Origin: Balanoglossus misakiensis
Taxonomy: Eukaryota > Animalia > Hemichordata
Assembly (NCBI GenBank): GCA_040954595.2
Contig: CM082582.2
Coordinates: forward strand, 4,634,303 to 4,698,302
Direction of reading: 5' to 3'
DNA length: 64,000 bases
Part shown: one piece after another, positions 11,208 through 20,223 of the stretch
How the letters are laid out: the number at the start of each line of letters is the position of its first letter
Numbering within the stretch: position 1 is the first letter of the stretch
Translations under genes and position numbers: made by a program
Notes under the pieces: model-generated
What the model was told of the DNA's origin: nothing
Databases searched by the model: none
Seen by the model: only the letters and a program-made list of their open reading frames with translations

Positions 11208-11522
11208 ATGGATTTATCTTTAGACCAAGCCGAAACCGGCACGTGTAAATTGTGCCTTGTGCGATTGAATGGGAAAAAACAGGCCGTAGAGCATCTGAGT
11301 GGTAGGCGACATATGACAAAACTTAAAATATTTCATAATGGACCGTCTCCTGCAAAATTGATGTGTTTAACTTGTTTGGTTGAGTTTAACAGTGAAGAGA
11401 ACGCCAAGCAACACTACCTCGGATCAAAACACAGACAGTTGATGTGCACCGCAGTGAGACTTAGAAATCAGTTCTGGGAATTGCGAGCTTCCTGCTGTAC
11501 AATCCCGCCTGTGCTTAAATAG
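11208..11522 (+). CDS. Small protein with two matrin/U1-like (JAZ/ZMAT-type) C2H2 zinc fingers
   Basis: CKLCLVRLNGKKQAVEHLSGRRH and CLTCLVEFNSEENAKQHYLGSKH both fit C-x2-C-x12-H-x2-G-x2-H. Confidence 0.8.
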   Translation: MDLSLDQAETGTCKLCLVRLNGKKQAVEHLSGRRHMTKLKIFHNGPSPAKLMCLTCLVEFNSEENAKQHYLGSKHRQLMCTAVRLRNQFWELRASCCTIPPVLK

Positions 11523-11732
11523 CGCCAAAGTTCGCTCCAAATTCATTTCATTCGCAGTTGTCGTGCTAGCATAAACATTTATGAGTGCACAAATATAGAA
11601 CCGTTATATTTGCGGCAGTCTGAAATCGTGTATCATACGAAAATCAATATAGGGCGTACAACAATATCGAACCCTGTGAGAAAAGATACAAAAATAGTTC
11701 ACCGGAGTCCAAGTTTAAACAACAAAGGCAAG

Positions 11733-12020
11733 ATGGATTGCTGTCGGCCAGACCAGAAAATCATCACAAACACATGCTGTCAGTGTGGTCACCTGGCGTT
11801 GTCACCATGCGAGTGTTTTTGCCAAGTGTGTGATAAATGTACGTGTATCTATCGAGATATCAGACATGGTGTTGAAGAAGGCACTCTGTGTACTTGCTGT
11901 AAAGAATTACTGTATAACTGGTGTGCGTCCTGTTGGTCACCACTATGTCCACGCCACCGTGAATATGCAGAAAATGGTTTATTTTATTGTTGGGCTTGCA
12001 GCCAGAAGATACAAATATGA
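11733..12020 (+). CDS. Small Cys-rich zinc-binding protein
   Basis: 95 aa from ATG 11733 with multiple CxxC pairs. AATAAA follows at ~12048. Confidence 0.6.
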   Translation: MDCCRPDQKIITNTCCQCGHLALSPCECFCQVCDKCTCIYRDIRHGVEEGTLCTCCKELLYNWCASCWSPLCPRHREYAENGLFYCWACSQKIQI

Positions 12021-12702
12021 TCATCGTCTTAAAGTATGAGTAGTATAAATAAACACGACGTATCATATATTAAATGTGTAATGTGTTCATATAACTCTCA
12101 CCAATGAGTCCGCCACAATTACACATCCAACACATTCAATACCCACTGTGTAAACTCGCCGGTGTTTTGTGTATACGAACGGGTTAAACGTATTAAAGGT
12201 AAATGAGCTTAACCTGGATAAAAATATTAAAGTGTTAAATAACCTCATATATGCTTTTAATTATGTCTATTAAATGATATTTCATGATAATATATCAAGC
12301 TCAACACTTATTTACGACAAAACGGTCAAAACTAAAAGAAAGACTAAAATTCCTGCAATTTTTTTTAAAAAGGTGCAATATTGCAATGAAAAGGGATTAA
12401 GATATAATGTCTCAGCGATGTACATTTGCTTCCATGATCTCTAGTGGATGAGATCATGTCTGTTTATGAAGTTTGAATATTTAATTATTGCAAACATGTA
12501 TACCATTGCACCTGCAGAGTGTAGTAGCATTATATACATAGTCAATCAAAGAAAAAAATACGCCGAATTGGTTAATTTCATATCGCTTGTTTATTTTTAT
12601 TTGTTTTCTACACACACAAAAAGCACACTCATATTTTGCCAATAACAACTGCTTAGATGAGTTTCCACAGACCCGTGTTCATTCTATCGCGACGTGCTAA
12701 AA

Positions 12703-15700
12703 TTAGTGGTTTAACCGCGCGCGTTTTCTCACAGGTTGCGGGTGTACCTGTTCAGACGTCACCTTGTCCGATCCCCATCCAAACGCTCTATATTTGTCAC
12801 GTCTGACAATCACTCTTTCAGCTATCATGCGGTTAAGTTCGGCCAAGAATACAGTCACGCTTTCACATTTTGTTTCAAGATGCTTGATAGTCGAGTCCGC
12901 AACAAGACTCACGTATGCCTTTCTTTTTGACACGTGACCATTTTCGAGGACTATGCGATCCGCTTCGTGTTCAGCCAACCAGTGCCCTACGACATCACCT
13001 CGGATAGCAACAATAGTCGGGTTATCGGAACTCGCGTGTTTGTAAGGATTAGTGCATGAATATTGTGGGAGTTGTCCGCCAATTCTATCCACAAAATCGT
13101 CCATACTGAGCGTGTCAAACATATACAGAGGATTACTTGCTTGGAACTCCTTTGTCCTATCCACATACACAATACTCTTCCGGTCTGTCATGTTGGAGAA
13201 TATGGTTTTCTCTATGACATTTTTTATGATGGATTCTCTCGAATTGGCTATGAGCCGAACGTCTATTTTATTGAGGCACAAGAGACTGACATAAGCCTCT
13301 GTGGTCGACGTCGTCCCAGAAAAATGTAAACAGCGCATGGAAGTGTCCACGGTTGTCTCCACATTATAAAAGTCGGCAGGTAGTACATCTGTCTGGATAC
13401 AGAAGTAATCATTGATACATTCTTTCTCTAATGCGCATTGTCTGCGGACACGCGCAACTCTTGGCAATAAATCGTACATAGGGCAGAAAATAGACCAATG
13501 AATTGCACTATATCCGGGTTTGTTCAGAGTCCGGACTAGGACTGTCGATCCGTGTGTTTTGCTTTCTAATGTTCGGAATGCCATTTGCTGCAATAGACGC
13601 AAAGTCCCTGGATTGCCAAACGTGATTAACAGGAATCCATCATCAGTAACATTCGGAGACGACCCATCAAAACTTCGAAGCGTTTCAAGAACTTTATAAT
13701 GCAAGTACCTCAAACGCGTTTCGTACAAATCACAGCTTGCCTCCACCCTTATAGAACAATTAGGCATACTCGTGCCATCTTCCTCACTGGGGTCAAATTG
13801 GGCTGACGTGTAATGAAAATTTTCCAAATCCTCCCCAGAACAATCCTTAGTGTGAGCTCTTGATGGTGTCAGATAATGCAGAAATGCAATTGCTCTCGAG
13901 GCATTATCATTCACCCATAGTTCGACCATACTGTCCGCAACGACTGCGTCTGAGATATCACCTTGGTCAATGATCGAAAATAGTTTCGCGGACAAAGTTG
14001 ACATTTTTTCGCTATGCTCGCTGACAAACACTTCGGCCGCGTACGGTGCAAGAAACAATAACCGTTGACACACCTGTTTACCTCGACTTACATTACGACC
14101 GTCGTTACCTCCATCGGTCACTACCTTGTATACTTGCTTACCTTTGAATTTCATGTTGCTCATGGACACCAGAGCATCTCTGCATCTCTTATTAGCGAGA
14201 CCCGTAGTTCGTTCTAATTTTTGGATAAAGATTTCCTCGTTTGTGAAACATAACCGAAAATAAGTGCAGCCGTTGTCAATTTCTGTATCCTTTGTTGGGT
14301 CAATAGCATTCGCATCTGTAACTAGGAATTTGGCTACCATCCGATCCTGTTGCAAAAATTGATAATGAATTGAAAATGCCGTAATAACATCCGCTGGGTC
14401 TGGCGTCTTTTCTATGCAAACTTCGTCGTGTATCTCGTGCGCCGGGGTTTTGCCGAGATGATCGACGTGTGCTTTCACTATCTTATCGAATTGCAATTGA
14501 TCGAACAACTCTTTTCGTTCATTTACTTCTAATGATAGGTTTTGCCAAACCTCGATCGAGGGACAACCATAGACTTTAACAATTGCGAATATTTCTGCCA
14601 AGACGATCGCCATTTCGAAAATTCTACCTCTACTTCTCATGTCATTTCTTAGGCCATAGAGAATACCCAAATCTTCGCATACATCAGCTAATCTATTCCA
14701 AGTTACGATCATCGCCCTGTAGTCTATCGGGTGTTCGTTTAAGGTCCTCCGTGGAAATAACCCTACCTCTTCGATACGAGCATTCTCCATAATGAGGTGC
14801 CGTATTGCCCCATAGAGTTGCGGGATACACAACTCTTCTACTTTGAATTCTAGAGTATCCGCCTCGGAGGGGACTACGGTCGCGTTATGTTGTGGCACAT
14901 CAAAAGTGACCATCCGACTGTCTAGTGACTGACAAATGTTTTTTTCGTTGGCCGCCATAAAGACTGCATAGTCGCAGATGTTATTCGTTTCTACGTTGAT
15001 GTGTGAGGTGTGCCCTGTAACGGGATTGGTGACAGACTCAACTCTCATGGAACGCGTAATACCAGAGTCTAACTGTTCTTTCATCGTGGCACTCTCGGCC
15101 GATTGTTCAGATAAGAGGGGATTGTTTCGATCATTCGAGGAGCCAACCACAAACTCAGGATTGAAGCATACCTTTTTGGACAAATCTCTACTTTGCGGTA
15201 CAAGGCATGACTTTTTCGAGCGGTAATTGATCACAAAAGAGTAATCCTTTCCGATTATTGCCTGTGCTACAGCCATAAGCCTCGACTTACCGGCGCCAGG
15301 TGGACCGAGAAACAGCCCATGAAATGACATGGACTTGTGAGGTTTAAGTTGCTTAATTCCAGACAGTAATATGTATAGTACTTCGACGATTGTATGGCGC
15401 GTGCCAGTTGCGGTGGAAATCAACTGCAAGAAATTGAATAGGAACTGATATCCAATGTTTAAAGAGCGATCTCGATCGTATATGATGGGTATCCATTTTC
15501 CTGTCTTTTTAGATGACATGGCATTGAGACATCGCGACGCAAAGCCAGAAGTGGGATCGAACCATTTGACGCTATCCCTATACGAATTTTGGATGGCCTC
15601 GGCGATTTGTAATCGACCTGACTGATGGAGACTCATGTATATTGCGTAGTAGGACGATTTGAGTCTTTCTTGCGAGTACGATTCCGGGGTACATCCTAAG

Positions 15701-16998
15701 GATTCCAAGACTGTTTTTACAGTGACGATGCCATTATTTTTGACTCTATATGCAGTATCTGAAAACTGATCGTTCAAATTGTCGGGCGTTACTGCGTAAA
15801 GATGCGTGATCGATTTGGATTCTTTCGTTTCGTTGTCTGTCATGCTAGCAACAAGTGCCTGCGTAGAACGGAAAGGTCTGAGAGAGGGGAAGTAATGTTC
15901 CAAAAAATATGTGGGTTGCCACATCTCAACGCCCAATTCCCATGTAGGAAATTGTAACATTTCTTTGGCTGCCTGCCAATGTGGGTGTATCTTCAACCGC
16001 ACATCCATATCGTCGGCTGGCGTGTCATATTCCTCTTCGTCGCTGTCACAACCATTTCCGTCTATTAACAACCGTAGGCGCGCGTCTGCTTGACAATCAC
16101 TTTCTACCCGTAGTTGAGTGACCAACTGTGCTATGTCTCTGTTTCGCCCAAACCGACGCGTTGAATAATTCAGAAGGTAATCGGGAGACAGCAATTGTTC
16201 TCTCCGTGCCCACGCAGACGTTGTGTCGGTTTCACGCAATTTGCTGGTCATCTCCGATATGCTGTTCAAATTTTCGTCGGTGAACCTGAAAAAATGATAG
16301 AGCTCAATGGCTTTGTCAAAGTCACTCAGGCGATAGATTTTCGGCATCTTCTTGGCTGCTTCTGAAATATCTCTTACTTTAGTCAATCGCTTAGTACCTG
16401 ACCCTGTCTCCATATCAAATAAAGCCATACACAACGGATCTTGTGTCATCTTTTTGCATACCATGTCTTTCATGTCATCATACTCGAAAGGGTTCATATC
16501 ACAGTCCTCGACACTTTCGTGCTTACTTTGCTGTTTAATATAGAATGGTTGTATATCCAATGGAATAAAGTCAGACTGTAGCATCTGATGATACATCCGA
16601 TAAGAATTGGATATCATCAACATATCCTCCACTACACAACGCAATGTTCCCCCTTTCTGATTGGCGTGAATATCTTCATAGACTAACCAGAAAATATAAC
16701 TATAAGGGTCTAAATTATTCACCACCACTCCAGTTCCGCAGATATCAACGATTGAACACGCGATAAACGCTTTTCCACCGAGACACTTTACGTGGTTTCC
16801 GATACGAAATAACGTCTGAAGTAGTGTATATATATACGGATTACAACCAAGGAGTGATTTATTGGGGCATTCCAAATCAGCCAGTTCTACAACTAGGCAC
16901 TTTGTTGAGATCCCAATCCATTTTGTCCACTCCAGTTGTTCAGGTTTCTTGATCAACCGAGTCGGCCGTATTTCACAGGGCAATAGCCTCTTTTCCAT
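12703..16998 (-). CDS. Large AAA+ (MCM-like/SF3-like) replicative helicase
   Basis: Walker A GLFLGPPGAGKS, degenerate Walker B VCFNPEF, MKEQLDSG (cf. MCM HEAMEQQ), sensor FMAAN, arginine finger SLDSRM, and a C-terminal NLS RKRAR. Confidence 0.75.
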   Translation of the reverse strand: MEKRLLPCEIRPTRLIKKPEQLEWTKWIGISTKCLVVELADLECPNKSLLGCNPYIYTLLQTLFRIGNHVKCLGGKAFIACSIVDICGTGVVVNNLDPYSYIFWLVYEDIHANQKGGTLRCVVEDMLMISNSYRMYHQMLQSDFIPLDIQPFYIKQQSKHESVEDCDMNPFEYDDMKDMVCKKMTQDPLCMALFDMETGSGTKRLTKVRDISEAAKKMPKIYRLSDFDKAIELYHFFRFTDENLNSISEMTSKLRETDTTSAWARREQLLSPDYLLNYSTRRFGRNRDIAQLVTQLRVESDCQADARLRLLIDGNGCDSDEEEYDTPADDMDVRLKIHPHWQAAKEMLQFPTWELGVEMWQPTYFLEHYFPSLRPFRSTQALVASMTDNETKESKSITHLYAVTPDNLNDQFSDTAYRVKNNGIVTVKTVLESLGCTPESYSQERLKSSYYAIYMSLHQSGRLQIAEAIQNSYRDSVKWFDPTSGFASRCLNAMSSKKTGKWIPIIYDRDRSLNIGYQFLFNFLQLISTATGTRHTIVEVLYILLSGIKQLKPHKSMSFHGLFLGPPGAGKSRLMAVAQAIIGKDYSFVINYRSKKSCLVPQSRDLSKKVCFNPEFVVGSSNDRNNPLLSEQSAESATMKEQLDSGITRSMRVESVTNPVTGHTSHINVETNNICDYAVFMAANEKNICQSLDSRMVTFDVPQHNATVVPSEADTLEFKVEELCIPQLYGAIRHLIMENARIEEVGLFPRRTLNEHPIDYRAMIVTWNRLADVCEDLGILYGLRNDMRSRGRIFEMAIVLAEIFAIVKVYGCPSIEVWQNLSLEVNERKELFDQLQFDKIVKAHVDHLGKTPAHEIHDEVCIEKTPDPADVITAFSIHYQFLQQDRMVAKFLVTDANAIDPTKDTEIDNGCTYFRLCFTNEEIFIQKLERTTGLANKRCRDALVSMSNMKFKGKQVYKVVTDGGNDGRNVSRGKQVCQRLLFLAPYAAEVFVSEHSEKMSTLSAKLFSIIDQGDISDAVVADSMVELWVNDNASRAIAFLHYLTPSRAHTKDCSGEDLENFHYTSAQFDPSEEDGTSMPNCSIRVEASCDLYETRLRYLHYKVLETLRSFDGSSPNVTDDGFLLITFGNPGTLRLLQQMAFRTLESKTHGSTVLVRTLNKPGYSAIHWSIFCPMYDLLPRVARVRRQCALEKECINDYFCIQTDVLPADFYNVETTVDTSMRCLHFSGTTSTTEAYVSLLCLNKIDVRLIANSRESIIKNVIEKTIFSNMTDRKSIVYVDRTKEFQASNPLYMFDTLSMDDFVDRIGGQLPQYSCTNPYKHASSDNPTIVAIRGDVVGHWLAEHEADRIVLENGHVSKRKAYVSLVADSTIKHLETKCESVTVFLAELNRMIAERVIVRRDKYRAFGWGSDKVTSEQVHPQPVRKRARLNH

Positions 16999-17110
16999 GC
17001 TGATGAGCGATTGTCACTTGACTATTGGTGAACAAACATTTATAATCGATCAAGGAAATGGCGCGGTAAATAACCATACACATTCGTCTTTTGTTTGCGT
17101 CTGCTAAGTC

Positions 17111-18565
17111 ATGGCATGGACAAAAACTCTGGCAACGTCTGTGTATACGCCAATCGAGTGCTCTGACCCAGTACAAATCAACGAGTTTCAGTTTAATGGG
17201 CGGGCCACTAGACAAAAAGTCAGGTATATGAACTCATGTAATGTACAGCTGCGAGAACGTGCCCCAAAACAATTGGAATTTGCCCAGAGTTATGCCTTGA
17301 TGGAACCCCCACCTACATCGAGTAATTTGGGGGATTGGTTATGCCTAGGTCTGGATACACCGCGAGAGATTATGATTGTAGCTTCTTCGGTGGCACCTTC
17401 GTCAGATAGTGCCTCCAGCGCAAGACAGTATACTCTGTTTACGACGTCGGAATTGGATAGCGCGGTTCATCTACAATTATTTCCTGACTATAGTGAAGTA
17501 TTTAATTCGAAACTGGTTGTTACATGCATCCCAATCGATGTTGACTCTGACACGAATCGTGGTGAAAATGTATTAAAGTCTATGCTTTCATACGTAAGAC
17601 TGTTTATGCAACAGGAAATGAAGCAGATAAGTCGAGAGAGTCTACCGAACCTAAGTGATTGGCCTATGTATGTGTACATGAGCGACACAACCGACAAACT
17701 GTCTCTTCATTTATACCAACATCTTCCTTGTAATATAGTCTTTGCTAATATATCTGAAGTTAAGACATTTATTGACAACGTAAAAAGGCGCATCGCTGAT
17801 CACAGCCAAGCGCGTAGTATTCTTGGAGAAGAGTACATACAGTACCAGGGTGAAAAATGCATCCGAAACATTCACACAGGTAAATTTGAACGGGGTGGCG
17901 AAACATCCATACACACAGTCCCCTTTGGTACTCGAGTGTATTATCAGGAATTTATTGACAGTGGTATATACTGCCCGAACAAAAGCCTTCGACTGCCGTT
18001 TTGTTACAAGAAAAACACGGCTGGAGATGACCCTCACAAGCGACTAATGCCCTTGACTGTTTTGTGCAATATACACAGCAATGTCCGCCAAGATCAGGTT
18101 TACAAAGTCACTACAGCCCTGGTCCACTATCCACACGATACAAGTGCATTAGCGGGCGCGAATGATCTGTCTGAACTTAAGTATACAACGACTTCGTGGC
18201 AAAAGGAAGGAGTATGGGTCCCCAGCAACATACACATTAGTGTAGAAGAAGAAAGAACATTAGTTCATCAAATCATTTCGTTTTTACGGAAGGAATTTTC
18301 ACTGAACATACATACCTGGACAGCTCATTTCAAGTCGGGAAGATATCTCTATTTTGATACCAACAACACATTCTGTCCTCGGGTGAACTACTCTCACAAA
18401 CAAGCTAAACAGTATTTTAAATGGGATCACTGCACACAAACGCTGACTCAACAGTGTTGGGCATCCAAATGTGAAAATATACCATTAATAGGCGACGTTT
18501 GTAAAAAGTTTACAGTGCGAACAAGAGATACACCTTCTCGCAGGAAACGAAAACTAGCACCATAG
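17111..18565 (+). CDS. Archaeo-eukaryotic primase (herpes UL52/PrimPol-like)
   Basis: IPIDVD (motif I), KLSLHLY (motif II), FIDSGIYCPNKSLRLPFCYK (motif III), and a C-terminal CHC2 zinc finger C-x5-H...C-x4-C. Confidence 0.9.
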   Translation: MAWTKTLATSVYTPIECSDPVQINEFQFNGRATRQKVRYMNSCNVQLRERAPKQLEFAQSYALMEPPPTSSNLGDWLCLGLDTPREIMIVASSVAPSSDSASSARQYTLFTTSELDSAVHLQLFPDYSEVFNSKLVVTCIPIDVDSDTNRGENVLKSMLSYVRLFMQQEMKQISRESLPNLSDWPMYVYMSDTTDKLSLHLYQHLPCNIVFANISEVKTFIDNVKRRIADHSQARSILGEEYIQYQGEKCIRNIHTGKFERGGETSIHTVPFGTRVYYQEFIDSGIYCPNKSLRLPFCYKKNTAGDDPHKRLMPLTVLCNIHSNVRQDQVYKVTTALVHYPHDTSALAGANDLSELKYTTTSWQKEGVWVPSNIHISVEEERTLVHQIISFLRKEFSLNIHTWTAHFKSGRYLYFDTNNTFCPRVNYSHKQAKQYFKWDHCTQTLTQQCWASKCENIPLIGDVCKKFTVRTRDTPSRRKRKLAP

Positions 18566-19156
18566 GCGACGTTTGTAAAAAGTTTACAGTGCGAACAAGA
18601 GATACACCTTCTCGCAGGAAACGAAAACTCGCACCATAGGCGACGTTTGTAAAAAGTTTACAGTGCGAACAAGAGATACACCTTCTCGCAGGAAACGAAA
18701 ACTAGCACCATAGGCGACGTTTGTAAAAAGTTTACAGTGCGAACAAGAGATACACCTTCTCGCAGGAAACGAAAACTCGCACCATAGGCGACGTTTGTAA
18801 AAAGTTTACAGTGCGAACAAGAGATACACCTTCTCGCAGGAAACGAAAACTAGCACCATAGGCGACGTTTGTAAAAAGTTTACAGTGCGAACAAGAGATA
18901 CACCTTCTCGCAGGAAACGAAAACTAGCACCATAGGCGACGTTTGTAAAAAGTTTACAGTGCGAACAAGAGATACACCTTCTCGCAGGAAACGAAAACTA
19001 GCACCATAGGCGACGTTTGTAAAAAGTTTACAGTGCGAACAAGAGATACACCTTCTCGCAGGAAACGAAAACTAGCACCATAGGCGACGTTTGTAAAAAG
19101 TTTACAGTGCGAACAAGAGATACACCTTCTCGCAGGAAACGAAAACTAGCACCATA
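18488..19156. repeat. 74-bp tandem repeat x 9 duplicating the primase 3' end
   Basis: ataggcgacgtttg... recurs at 18488, 18562, 18636, 18710, 18784, 18858, 18932, 19006 and 19080. Confidence 0.95.
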
Positions 19157-19163
19157 TATATAT

Positions 19164-19760
19164 ATGGACAGCTTAACAATCGCACTGAGACAAGCCTTAG
19201 TAGATTTAATATGTGAACTGGCTGACGAAGATGAAAAATCTTTAATACGCCAAAAACTGGGGGCGGGTCACATAACCACGCCATGTACTCGTCGCCTGCG
19301 CGCATTTTATGTCAATCACTTTTCCAGGATACATACTGACATGATAAAAATGACTGTCAGAGACACCGTCCTCGCTTTCTCTAGTCAAGACGACGACGAG
19401 ATTATTGGTCACATAGTGTATACACGAAAATTGGTTACAAGTAAAGTCAAGAGTACCGCGGCGGCTATAGTATGTTCAATTTGTAATAGCAACGACACAG
19501 AGGTCTTGTACCTGAACGTCCATCAGGCTGTCGCGTTCCTATATATTGCTCATGTGTGTTTGTGGTTTCATCGTCTGGCTTGCATTCATCCTACGTGGAA
19601 TCACCATAGGGTCGAGGGGCTAGTTACTGCGTTTGTAAGCGATTTACTGCAACATGGAACTACATCGAAAACACCGCTTGGAAATATCGCCGGATACGTG
19701 TGCATGGTCGCGTCGTTCACCGCTGTATGTGTCTTGTTGAGATGGAAATTTTATAGATAA
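19164..19760 (+). CDS. Tail-anchored helical protein, possibly Bcl-2-like
   Basis: 198 aa from ATG 19164. BH4-like LRQALVDLI, BH1-like LNVHQAVAFLYIA, and a C-terminal TM helix with basic tail RWKFYR. Confidence 0.45.
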   Translation: MDSLTIALRQALVDLICELADEDEKSLIRQKLGAGHITTPCTRRLRAFYVNHFSRIHTDMIKMTVRDTVLAFSSQDDDEIIGHIVYTRKLVTSKVKSTAAAIVCSICNSNDTEVLYLNVHQAVAFLYIAHVCLWFHRLACIHPTWNHHRVEGLVTAFVSDLLQHGTTSKTPLGNIAGYVCMVASFTAVCVLLRWKFYR

Positions 19761-19782
19761 CTTGGTAAAATATGAGTCTTAC

Positions 19783-20044
19783 CACAGGGATTTATTCAGG
19801 GAACTCTGCCTACCGCCTGACCTTCTACCTTGCTATACTTGTCTAGTAAGGCAAGTAGGCGGTCAGCTGGAGGGGTCAGGCGGTAGGAAGAGTTCACCAA
19901 AAGAGGGCGCATTTTATCATCCAGTGTTTATAATGTGTTGTGTATGAGCAGAGAAGCCTCAGACAGAAGAGTTGACCGACAACAAATTTATTCAGTTTAT
20001 ATCATATAATTCTTACTTAAACGTTCCCTGAATAAATCCCTGTG
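19783..20044. mobile_element. MITE with CA...TG ends and 7-bp TSD (P-element-like)
   Basis: TIRs cacagggatttattcagggaac / gttccctgaataaatccctgtg. TSD gtcttac at 19776-19782 and 20045-20051. Confidence 0.85.
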
Positions 20045-20223
20045 GTCTTACTCTGTCACAACTAGAAATAAATAAAATCATGTACTGAACATCATTCTCA
20101 TAGCGTTTCAGTTAATTTGATATGAATCGAATATAAGCGAGGGTCACAATAGGAATGTGCTACATATTTTATGAGTACACAATATGCAACATTAATTCAA
20201 GAACGGTACTCTTCAGTGAATAT

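Noticed and set aside
12140-12190. piggyBac-like terminus (…gaacgggTTAA) suggesting a Teratorn-like transposon-virus fusion
   Set aside because: No partner TIR and no transposase in the window.
18488-19156. CRISPR-like array (also considered for the 85-, 124- and 403-bp arrays)
   Set aside because: The units are contiguous with no unique spacers, there are no cas genes, and the context is a eukaryotic virus.
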